Shown here piece after piece: positions 50,601 to 61,500 of a stretch of 64,000 nucleotides of DNA. Each line of letters starts with the position of its first letter. Position 1 is the first letter of the stretch. Source of the stretch: Antedon mediterranea (Eukaryota > Animalia > Echinodermata). Location: the NCBI RefSeq assembly GCF_964355755.1, contig NC_092677.1, positions 10,748,101-10,812,100 on the forward strand, read 5' to 3'. Made by a program: the position numbers and the translations under genes. The notes beneath the pieces are model-generated. The model had not been told where the DNA came from, ran no database searches, and was given only the letters and a program-made list of their open reading frames with translations.

Positions 50601-53560
50601 GTGACAATGATGATGATGAAGGTGACATTGAGGATGATGGTGACATTGAGGATGATGGTGACAATGAGGATGATGGTGACAATGAGGATGATGGTGACAA
50701 TGAGGATGATGGTGACATTGAGGATGATGGTGACAATGAGGATGATGGTGACAATGAGGATGATGGTGACAATGATGATGATGTTGACAATGAGGATGAA
50801 GGTGACAGTGATGATGATGTTGACAGTGAGGATAAAGGTGACATTGGGGATGATGGTGACATTGAGGATGATGGTGACAATGAGGATGATGGTGACAATG
50901 AGGATGATGGTGACAATGATGATGATGGTGACAATGATGATGATGGTGACATTAAGGATGATGGATGATGATGGTGACAATAAGGATGATGGTGACAATG
51001 ATGATAATTGTGACAATGAGGATGAAGGTGACAATGAGGATGATGATGACATTAAGGATGATGATGGTGACATTAAGGATGATGATGATGGTGACAATGA
51101 GGATGAAGGTGACATTGAGGATAATGGTGACATTAAGGATGATGATGGTGACAATGATGATGGTGACAATGAGGATGAAGGTGACATTGAGGAAGATGAT
51201 GACAATGATGGTGACAATTATAATGATGGTGACAATTATAATGATGGTGACAATTATGATGATTGTGAAAATGAAGATGATATGACAACAGAATAATTGT
51301 GACTGTGAGGATGGTGGTGACAATGATGATGATGATGGTGACAGTGATGATGATTGTGACAGTGAGGATGATGGGTGACAGTGAGGATGATGGTGACAAT
51401 GAGGATGATGGGTGACAATGAGGATGATGGTGACATTAAGGATGATGTGACAATGATGATGATGTTGACAATGAGGATGAAGGTGACAGTGATGATGATT
51501 GTGACAGTGAGGATGATGGGTGACAGTGAGGATGATGTTGACAATGAGGATGATGGGTGACAATGAGGATGATGGTGACATTAAGGATGATGTGACAATG
51601 ATGATGATGTTGACAATGAGGATGAAGGTGACAGTGATGATGATGTTGACAATGAGGATGAAGGTGACATTGAGGATGATGGTGACATTAAGGATGATGG
51701 ATGATGATGGTGACAATAATGATAATTGTGACAATGAGGATGAAGGTGACAATGAGGATGATGATGACATTAAGGATGATGATGGTGACATTAAGGATGA
51801 TGATGATGGTGACAATGAGGATGAAGGTGACATTGAGGATAATGGTGACATTAAGGATGATGATGGTGACAATGATGATGGTGACAATGAGGATGAAGGT
51901 GACATTGAGGAAGATGATGACAATGATGGTGACAATTATAATGATGGTGACAATTATAATGATGGTGACAATTATGATGATTGTGAAAATGAAGATGATA
52001 TGACAACAGAATAATTGTGACTGTGAGGATGGTGGTGACAATGATGATGATGATGGTGACAGTGATGATGATTGTGACAGTGAGGATGATGGGTGACAGT
52101 GAGGATGATGGTGACAATGAGGATGATGGGTGACAATGAGGATGATGGTGACATTAAGGATGATGTGACAATGATGATGATGTTGACAATGAGGATGAAG
52201 GTGACAGTGATGATGATTGTGACAGTGAGGATGATGGGTGACAGTGAGGATGATGTTGACAATGAGGATGATGGGTGACAATGAGGATGATGGTGACATT
52301 AAGGATGATGTGACAATGATGATGATGTTGACAATGAGGATGAAGGTGACAGTGATGATGATGATGATGGTGACAATGAGGATGAAGGTGACATTGAGGA
52401 TAATGGTGACATTAAGGATGATGATGGTGACAATGATGATGGTGACAATGAGGATGAAGGTGACATTGAGGAAGATGATGACAATGATGGTGACAATTAT
52501 AATGATGGTGACAATTATAATGATGGTGACAATTATGATGATTGTGAAAATGAAGATGATATGACAACAGAATAATTGTGACTGTGAGGATGGTGGTGAC
52601 AATGATGATGATGATGGTGACAGTGATGATGATTGTGACAGTGAGGATGATGGGTGACAGTGAGGATGATGGTGACAATGAGGATGATGGGTGACAATGA
52701 GGATGATGGTGACATTAAGGATGATGTGACAATGATGATGATGTTGACAATGAGGATGAAGGTGACAGTGATGATGATTGTGACAGTGAGGATGATGGGT
52801 GACAGTGAGGATGATGTTGACAATGAGGATGATGGGTGACAATGAGGATGATGGTGACATTAAGGATGATGTGACAATGATGATGATGTTGACAATGAGG
52901 ATGAAGGTGACAGTGATGATGATGTTGACAATGAGGATGAAGGTGACATTGAGGATGATGGTGACATTAAGGATGATGGATGATGATGGTGACAATAATG
53001 ATGATGGTGACAATGATGATAATTGTGACAATGAGGATGAAGGTGACAACGAGGATGATGATGACATTAAGGATGATGATGGTGACATTAAGGATGATGG
53101 TGACAATGATGATGATGGTGACAATGAGGATGAAGGTGACATTGAGGATAATGGTGACATTAAGGATGATGATGGTGACAATGATGATGATGGTGACAAT
53201 GAGGATGAAGGTGACATTGAGGAAGATGGTGACAATGATGGTGACAATTATAATGATGGTGACATTTATGATGATTGTGAAAATGAAGATGATATGACAA
53301 CAGAATAATTGTGACTGAGGATGGTGGTGACAATGATGATGATGGTGACAATGATGATGATGATGGTGACAATAGGGATGATTGTGACAGTGAGGATGAT
53401 GGGTGACAATGATGATGATATTGATTTATCAACAAAAAAACCTTTTATTTAATTCAGGATGCTTGTAGGTTCGTTGGTCTTTCATTGCATACAACATTCT
53501 TGGCAGTGATCAACTGGAGTCTGATTGGAGTAATTCTGATATACTGTACATTGGAAAACA

Positions 53561-53592
<32 letters not shown>

Positions 53593-56500
53593 AAAAAACA
53601 AGACAATGCACAAGTCAATTGTTTCTCTGAAAAGTTTAGCCTCTACTTTGTTGTTGGCTGGGGTATGTTGTTTTATTTTCATTTTAAACATATTGACAAG
53701 GAGCCGAGTTCATTACCTATCCTCAGAGGTGGCAACTCTGTTCATAGGAAAAAGATATGCACATGATGCTCTACATAAAGTCTTTTGGAGTTGTTGTAAA
53801 GGAGCAAATTAAACAACAGAGGAATTACTTTCTAGGTGTTTAAAAAAAATTATATCATGTAAACCTACACAATCCAATATAAGCCTTCAATTAAGAATAC
53901 TAGATGGTTCGCTCGCGTACCATCTAGGTCGTGCCCACAGATGGTTCTCGAATACATAATAATTTCAGCGTTAAAAAAACTGGCGATTTCAAATGTACGT
54001 ACCGCAGGACAATAATACATGTCGTTTACAGGAACGAATAAATAGACACTGTGATTTATGTACTGTAAAATTAGTACCCTGGGAATTACTTCCGAAAGAG
54101 AAACTTGTCACAAAATGAGACCAATTGTTTAAGTCAAATTTAAACAAACTTAAATTGTGTTTTGTATGTAACATTTGGGTTGAGGGATGGGGAAGAGGAT
54201 GGGTGCAAAGAGGAACAATTTTTAAATATATTCTTTACCCATTTATTAACGAAATATTAATTGTTTTCATGTTTTACAAATAATATACCACTAAACACAG
54301 TAAAACATTGCGATTTAATACTTTGTTGAAACTATCACCGTCCTAGTCGATTGAAATAGTACAGTAGCCCCTACATGTAACGATACATCACTACGACGTA
54401 TATATGTTTATATAATGTAAAACAATTTGTGAAAACCACCTCTATTCGGGGAAAATCATAAATTCGATTTAATCGTCAATAAATATTAAATTATCTAACT
54501 CAACTTAATTAGTAGGCCTAATGGTTTTACATTGTTTCTTAGAGCAAATTCTAAGTTGGTTCCTACCCTACCCACCCCCTACCCACCAAAGTTGTTCTGC
54601 GTTTAGGGCATGTGATGTACCGTAGGCCTATCCTCTACTGGTTTTACAACGCTACTCATGCCAGTGAGGGAAGGGTGATGATATGGGTGGTTTAACTGCA
54701 ATAATAAAGATGTGTACATAATATACGGCGAGTGAAAATGCTAACTCATTATCCGTTTAAAAAAAATTTATATCCAACCTCTGCAGCACAGATTGAAAAA
54801 AAAAATGGATCGAATTTCTGTTATGAGTATACAGTACCTGTACTTGCCTTTACGACGCCTGAGGGAATAGACACTTGTGGAACAGAGATTGGAATGTCCC
54901 ATTCATCGCAAATCAATACATTTGTATAAACGTATATTAAATCTATCAAAATAGTATTTTTTAAAGAAAATTGGCCTGTCTTCAACATTATGATGCTATA
55001 CTCGAGCTGTTCAACCGGTTTTCAGCCATTAAAAACAATTATCGTAGGAGGAGATAGGAAAATGCGAAGCATCCTCGTATTATTGTCTGCGGGTATTTTT
55101 CAAGACGGACATCCATTAGACAGTGTATACCACGATCGAAAAACACCCCTATTTGGGGCAAATCGTTGAACCTGAATTCGTTTTAATCGTCAATAACTAA
55201 TTATCGAACTCAGTTTAATTAGTAAACAGGGTTACATCAGGTGGTTAAAATCAGTACCAAAAGTACGAACCAACTTTATATACCATCGAGTAAACATTCT
55301 AGAAATAACGCGCGATTTACCGAATTTTGCCCTTACGTAAATTTATATATAGATGAGTTAATTAGATCATTATCCATCTAAACATTTTACTGTACTATAA
55401 CCTACAGATAATTGGCTATTTTTGTGCACATTTTAAAATATTTCATTTGTCATACTAAATGAGAGAATGAATGTTATTGTTTTAAGGAGTTCCTATGTTG
55501 ATTAGCACCACCACCTTCGCCATCACAAGAGACAGTGGCTATGGAAAGCAACTCAGAGGACTGTACGTAACTCTAAATTTAAATTTTTAACAATGCATTT
55601 ATAGATTATATAAATGTATTATTATTTGTCCACAGTTGAGGAAATTGAGATTAGGTGATCATTCGCAATTCATGAGAGTAAAGTATCTTGCCTGAAGTTC
55701 TATCTACTCTATCAAACTTTATGTAAAAAAAAAGGGTGATTTGCCCATATATAGACATGATGATGTCAAATCACTACCATATTTGGGCACATAACACTTT
55801 TTTTGTCAAACTAGTTTGATAGTGTAGACAGAGCTTAAGGATACAAGCAATATGACACAGGCAGTGCTCGAACCCATCTCGTATGCTTATTTGATTTTCT
55901 TATCATTACATCATGACACTCTCTTTTAGTGTAATAACACAGCTTTTTTATCATTAATATAATGTTTGATCACCAATAACACTATTTATCATGGTGGTGG
56001 TATAATGCATCATATTCTAACGATTTGTCCTTTTTTGTAATCCAGGTGTTTCCTAAGTGATGAAGATTCGATTCCAACAGCCTTGACTATACCTTTAATA
56101 ATCGCCTCATTGGTAAGTTATACAATTTATTGAAATGCTGTCAATTTTCGAGGTTGTAACAATTATAGCATTACACTAGAAAGAACCTCTATTAAGGGGA
56201 CACCCTGAATAGGGGTTAGCCATTTTGTGTTTAATATAATATATTTCCCCTTGTTTGTGTCTTCTTATTAGAGGTATCCAAAAAGAAGCGTTTTAATTTA
56301 TTAATTTAAAGAATAGCTTTATTGTCACGCATCAGCACTTTTCATTCTTTTCATAATTGTCTGTAATTCAAAATCTGAATAATAAATAATAATATTTAAT
56401 TCCACAGATCATATTTCCGTTAGTTTACATCATACATCGGAACATAAGTGATGAGACACGGCGATTTGACTATTCAACAAGTTTGAGGTAACTAAGCTTG

Positions 56501-57896
56501 GTTCTCACCGTGTTGCTATGCAATGATGGTGCTATGTAATAGACCAATCACAAACGACGTATCATCCAAACTGTTCTTGTGATTGCTAAATTTCTTTTGT
56601 TTATTTTTAGATCTGGTGCAAAGGGTGCCTTCATCTTAACTGTTTACTGTTGCGTCACGTGGGTGTTTGGGCGTATCGGTCTCTATGGAAACACAATCTG
56701 GGCAGATTATCTATTCTCAGTGTTCATCAGTTTCTTGGTTTGTATAATTTTTTTGTTGTCAAAACATCATGCTCAGATGATCACTAAATCACTAAAGTCT
56801 ACACTACCAAACCTTAAGTGACAAAAAAATGTGATGTGCTCATATATGGACATGATGATGTTATATCGCTACTATATTTGGGCACATCACACTTTTTTTC
56901 CAACTAGTTTGATAGTGTAAACAGAGCTTTAGTACCAAATACACATTTGTAAGTAAAATGAAAGTATTATTGTCAAATATATATTAATTGGTATCTTACT
57001 GTCAATTTTAGGGAGTGGCTGTATTCTGTGTCCAAGGATTTCTTAACAAAGAGGTATATCTAGCAACATGTTATTTATAGTTTATCAGTTAGTTGTTAGT
57101 GTTTTTCTTGACAGTTGTGAATATGCTACTGGTTATGTTAGGTTACTTTTAATGTGTTGAATTCATTTATGTTTTATATTTATATAATAGAATTGAAATT
57201 AGTTAGCATATTTTATCATGAACTTTTGTTTTCATTGAAGGTTCATGCAATTTTGTGTTGGCTTGATCCAGACGTTGAGTTGACGGAGATACAACAGATA
57301 GAAATTGTAAGTGCTTACTTACTTTATAGACTAGATTCCTCCACAATTTCCTTTCTGCCATCAGTGTCTATAAGTGGCTAAAAAAAACCAATCCTGACTA
57401 TGGTGTGATAAGTAGAGGTTTGTTTCTGTTTTATACTGAATATGTCAAAGTGTATTTTATACCTATGTATATTCAAGCCTAAGTAATTAATATTAAATAT
57501 AGACATATATAATGTATATTATATATTTATACTTTTTTCCAGAAACCGGAGCCAGAAGAAAGACCAAAGTTAATGTGTAAGTATAGATGTTGCTATGCTG
57601 ATGATAGTAGTAATATCCTTTGGGATACCTCTATTAATGGGACAGTTTATCAAATCTCAAGGTTGTCTCCTTACAAGTGTAAATGCATAGAATCTATGCC
57701 ATTATAGAGAACCTCTCCTTTGGGACACCCTTATTCGAGAGAAATTTCCCCCGAACAAACAAGGGCCAATGTGTAAACACTACATATATTCTATAAAGAG
57801 GGAACTTTGTTGGGTACCAAAGATGTCCCCTTTAAGATTCTATTTATGACGATACAATATATTTACCGATTTTTTTTCTTTTTAGATCATCCTTAA
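26555..57896 (+). CDS. Adhesion GPCR paralog 2: EGF - C-type lectin - Cys module - Thr-rich mucin - LamG - EGF x2 - about 5 LamG - GAIN/GPS - 7TM (first/signal-peptide exon not located)
   Basis: About 44 in-frame GT-AG exons, e.g. 26555-26656 (EGF), 27344-27703 (CTL), 28241-28327, ~29425-29903, ~31064-31177 and ~31376-31486 (EGFs), LamG exons ~32150-39607, GAIN ~40222-49669, GPS ~49771-49906, TMs ~50048-57052, final exon 57886-57896 (YHP-TAA). Exon-by-exon similarity to gene 1 (e.g. YRKIRENDLDYRLSIGRRND vs YRKIRANDLHQRLTIGRRND; HDADCSRD in both). Confidence 0.88.
27344..27703 (+). CDS. C-type lectin-like domain exon of aGPCR 2
   Basis: SCYY...VTWFTASEICRETGFALVSIDTKTEDDFL...FWM...C...C..LVCE follows the CTLD signature. 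Confidence 0.85.
28340..29345. repeat. 19-bp minisatellite (CCTGTTTATTTCACTTTAA)
   Basis: Tandem array. It generates the spurious 19-aa repeat ORFs. Confidence 0.95.
32545..32860 (-). mobile_element. RTE-like LINE ORF2 3' remnant (related remnant at ~5580-5830)
   Basis: Minus-strand peptide ARRKLFRHILRLNDNVSAK resembles the RTE 'RWxxFGHILR' C-terminus. Nucleotide similarity to 5650-5770, which reads IAQNRP*WINLV. Confidence 0.5.
33748..33789 (-). ncRNA. Minimal hammerhead ribozyme motif, different family
   Basis: Reverse complement: CTC-CTGAAGA-C-GATCAA(AGCATA)TTGATC-GAAA-CGTC-GAG, with a GUC cleavage triplet, palindromic ACGT and a 6-bp stem II. Confidence 0.78.
37140..37318 (+). mobile_element. 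Third fragment of the hammerhead-bearing repeat (core deleted, internal tandem duplication)
   Basis: Shares AAGCTCTGC...TATCTCCATTGAGATCCAGCCACTGATAC...TTTTCAGTAATTT with 7448-7570. The ~48-nt block is duplicated. Confidence 0.7.
41064..41249. mobile_element. MITE family C (Tc1/mariner/pogo-like, TA TSD)
   Basis: TA-CAGTCAACTCTCCCAATACCGGAC...GTCCGGTATTGGAAGAGTTGACTG-TA. A related copy lies at 26690-26832 and a related CAGTAGAAC..GTTCTACTG element at 3720-3883. Confidence 0.8.
42187..44409 (+). pseudogene. Kolobok THAP-DDE transposase, frameshifted and partly deleted, intron-containing
   Basis: THAP motifs across frames: C..LGCSN...SFHRLP...LLKKWVAAM / CSDHF...AVP. Catalytic-region remnants TTDRHVQI...HEFDIFHVVKSVTKKL, KYCPKREHFSYEGMRARHQLAIMDHNENVGR, FPKRKKQWVLKKIY. 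Confidence 0.82.
45083..45624 (-). pseudogene. KolX protein (homolog of the P2X7 receptor cytoplasmic Zn-ballast domain), one frameshift
   Basis: QPYQLEP...WCQCGRC...ECLCCRE...CILDH.EF..VCL...AYRQVTY. Removing a 5-nt duplication (cagta x2, 45204-45213) restores WVHDRLGKAVRRVIPACVVNKIRKDFPSIDGNYVGFKEVE*. Confidence 0.88.
47584..48563. repeat. 39-bp minisatellite, about 25 near-identical copies
   Basis: Unit AAAACAATGCGTATACATGGCACATGAATGAGTTGGCTC with only a handful of substitutions and no spacers. Confidence 0.97.
49771..49906 (+). CDS. GPS/Stachel exon of aGPCR 2
   Basis: WDKEGCDVIDTNDTFTTCQCYHF|TSFAIFM. The preceding exon supplies CAFWNY. Confidence 0.92.
50518..53420. repeat. GAT-rich 18-bp satellite (GATGATGGTGACAATGAG) with 560-720-bp higher-order duplications, filling the TM2-TM3 intron of aGPCR 2
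   Basis: The marker GATATGACAACAGAATAATTGTGACTG recurs at ~51280, 52000, 52560 and 53290. Confidence 0.95.
53900..55353 (-). mobile_element. Non-autonomous Helitron
   Basis: On - strand it begins TCTATATATA and ends with hairpins (ACCATCT..AGATGGT; CTAGATGGT..ACCATCTAG) and CTAG. It sits between host A and T with no TSD and has no Rep/helicase ORF. Confidence 0.75.
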
Positions 57897-58552
57897 AGAA
57901 GATGATTTCAAGAAATGTGATTCTTTCTACAAACAAAAATATTAATATTGATTTTAAATGTTTTATATTGTCAAGATATTTTAGGTAGTAATCGGTTTGT
58001 TATTCGTGTTAAAATAATATTACTCTGAAATGTTTATAAAATAATTATGTTTATTAAACTTCTCTATAAAAAATATTTAATTACATTCACAAATTGCCCC
58101 AATAATCTATATTTGCAGTATATCCTGTATATTAGTCTTTTTTGCCGCTAGAAGATCAAACTAAATCAATGTCAAGAGCGTTGTGTGTGGTTCTACTAAA
58201 ACTCAATGAGTTAAGTTTGCCCTAGAAAGGCATTTGTTACAGCATGGAGTAAAGATCTGTCTACACTATCAAACTTCATGTGTCAACAAAAATGTGATGT
58301 GCCCTTATATGGACACGATGATGTCATATTTGGGCCCATCACACTTTTTTTGTCAAACTAGTTTGATAGTTTTAAGAATGGTTACTATAGCAAATTAAAC
58401 AAAAACAATTTTGTTGTTGATCTTATTTCATTTGTATTATAAGTTCAGCTATATGCTCAGAATACTGCACACTAACACATAGGCACATGCATGTTATAGA
58501 CTAACCCAGTAATAGAAAATGCTAATTTTGAAATACACCTGAGTTTTTAATA

Positions 58553-61500
58553 TTAAGATTGGCTTAATGATCTTTTGATTGCTAACTCCCGTTCTGCAGC
58601 ATCTTGTTGGGAACGTTCATACGATGGTGGTGAATTCGGTAAGTCATTAGAAGCATGCACATAACTCGATGTGGATGGTAAAGCGCTCTGTGACATGGCA
58701 TTCGATGATGTGGCATTCGATGTTGTGGCACCAGTTTCTGTAGTACTCGTTGGCGGTCGCGTTGTAGCAGCAACATTTGATGATACAGTACTCAGTGTTG
58801 CAGCATTCGTTAATCCAGTATTCGGTGTTGTTGATTGCGTTGCGATTGGTGGTTGTGCGGAGTAACTTGTGCTCGGGCCATAGTAATCCGGGGTTACTAC
58901 AGAATCGTAGAACACCGGCTCTTGCGTTGTGGTTGGTGGACTTTTTACTGCTTTACGAAATCTGTATACTGAGATGAAAATTATAAGAACCACAAGTAAT
59001 ATGATGAATGCCATGACAACAATAATAATCCATGTAGTGCTATCCTTAGGGTCATCATTTGTATCACCTAAAAACAAATAGAATATATAAACAATTAAAT
59101 TAATCAAAATGAATTATGGAATTTAGTATTTCACTTTTTAAATCAATAAATAAATATAAGAATTTCCTTGAAGTGGTGTTCGCTTATTTTTAATTGTAAA
59201 ACTTTTTGAGCTTTGATTTGAGTGGAGTTACCCCTCTGATGTATATAAACTCTTTGGTTCAGAACCATGGCTCTGCTTTGCTTGCAGTAACATCGCCCTC
59301 ACGCGAGTGAACTACTGACCAATCAGAAACAACATACTTCCCCGTCATCAACCACACGATAAACGATACGTCGGCGCGAAACCAAAAAGAGGAAAGAAAA
59401 ATGTAAGTTTAAACATCAATTTAATTGTATTTTCTAATTTCATTATGAGCAGTATAACATGTTTTGCTTTCAGAGCACATGACTATGACTGATTTACGTA
59501 TATTTAACATCGCTGTCATCTATCCAATCTTTTATCTAGGCCTAAATTATATCGAATTAAGTACCGGACAAAGTAAGGCTTGTGTGGACTATGAGGTTCT
59601 TATTCTTATACGCATAAGAATCGGAGGGGTGGGTAAGGCCTAGACGTAGGATGGTTCTATAGAGGGCCTATGTATAGGCCTAATCGTCGCAAGTAAAAAA
59701 CTTTGAGACACAAAGCCGTTGTCTGAAAGTATTAAATCATTCAACTTAACTAATCTGTTGGATCCAAGTTAAGCTTAGATCGTCAAGCATCCCATGGATG
59801 GAATCAAGCAGCCGGGTCACCTGGGTTCACATGAATTACTTAATGACGTCAGAATCTAGCAGGGAATCGCGCATTTTTAGATCTGTTAAAGTTAATTTTC
59901 CACTAGGTGCATTTTGTTCGCGCTATTCGAGAGCGTCAGCTTATACGCATGCGTATTTATGTTACCATCTCCTAGTCTTTCTATACGCATGCGTATAAGC
60001 TAACGCTTTCGATTCGCCTGGTGGAAAATGGGCTTTACGAACCAGCTATTGTATATAATAAGCAAATGAAAATATTACTTGGTTCGCAGTCGTTTTCGTC
60101 AGAGGAATCTGCACAGTTTCCTAAACCATCACACGCCAATTCTTCCGGTATACAGATACCTTCCGAACAGAATATACAATTGCCGTCTGAAAAACAAATA
60201 AATAACGACAAATCAATACAATCTTTGATTGTTTGATGATACAGTACTGCTGTAATATTAGTACAGAGAACACTGGGAGAAATTGGAGAATGAATTGCTT
60301 TCTGTACTTCGTAGGCCTATGTATGTTGTTTTTAATAAAGTGCAAATAAAGTAAAATCAAACCGTTGGAAAAGACTATTTTTTACTGCCGAAGATTTCAA
60401 CAAGCAAGCAGAGTTGTATCAAAGGCTTTTTATTGCGAAACAAAACAACAACCAAATGCCATGTATCTCCAGTATTGAACTTCTGGAATTATATATATAT
60501 ATATATTATGGGTCGTTCTCTTTATACTTTACAATAGTAGGAATTCTTGTACATACAGAATATATTCATGTTAATAAGTTCATCGAAGTATAACCAACGA
60601 CATGTTAGTATAGCTTATTTTACCATTCAGCAAATTAGAAAAGTAATAAAAGAGTTTAAACTGATTATTAAGCGAACAGCCACCAGTACGGTTAGTAAGG
60701 TTTCAACCTGATTTTTCACAGAGTGGCCTTTGACAACCCTGTGGCCCACACACAGAATGTTCCATTTTCTTTCTACCACCTCACCACTATATTTCTCGTG
60801 TTTACAGCACTGACTGAACACATTTAGCTTATTATTATTTTAAAGAAATGCAGGAAGAGAGAAGAGTTAATGTGTATCGTGCCACTTTTTGGGTGAAATT
60901 GGTGTAGTAGTTGGACGTCTGAAAATCAAACAAAAGACTTGTATCCCTGTCTTGCTTTTTGATAATGACTGAATCGTCGCGGGCCTACATATTTTTTTTT
61001 AATAGAAAAGCATAGAGAGAAGAAGAGATAACTACAGTGGTATTCCATTGTGGCACTTTAATGGTGGAAGTGGTCTAGTAGTTAGGGCATCTTAAGACCT
61101 CAGTTCTGGTCTTGGTTTTGACGAATGGTTTCTCATTTACAAATGTATATAATTACCATCAAGTGTTGTGTACGATGTGTAGACGGCTTGAAAAGTCACA
61201 TCATCGGTGTTACCACTAACTTCAAACCGTACAGATAATGTGTTACTCCTTGTTTTTATTACTTGAGATGGAATAGACTGGTTACAAATCCCATTCGGAA
61301 ACGACGGGACGATGTTAGAAGTCTCGAATGAACTACCATCGTAAACCAGCAGTTTAACAAAATTGCAATCACTAGGATACGCCGTAACAAAGTTTACATT
61401 TTTTATTTCTATGGTAAGCATAGTTCCAAGAGGAGATTCTATATTTACTGTACAGTTTAGTTGTTTCTCATAAGGACGTGCTAGGCCACTTATCTCGCCA

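Noticed and set aside
50422-53435. Many long Asp-, Ser-, Met- or His-rich ORFs
   Set aside because: Translations of a GAT-rich satellite lying between the TM2 and TM3 exons.
1-57896. Assigning a gene symbol such as ADGRD1/GPR133, latrophilin or PKD1-like
   Set aside because: Architecture is suggestive only and orthology needs phylogeny. The 7TM class B motifs exclude polycystin.
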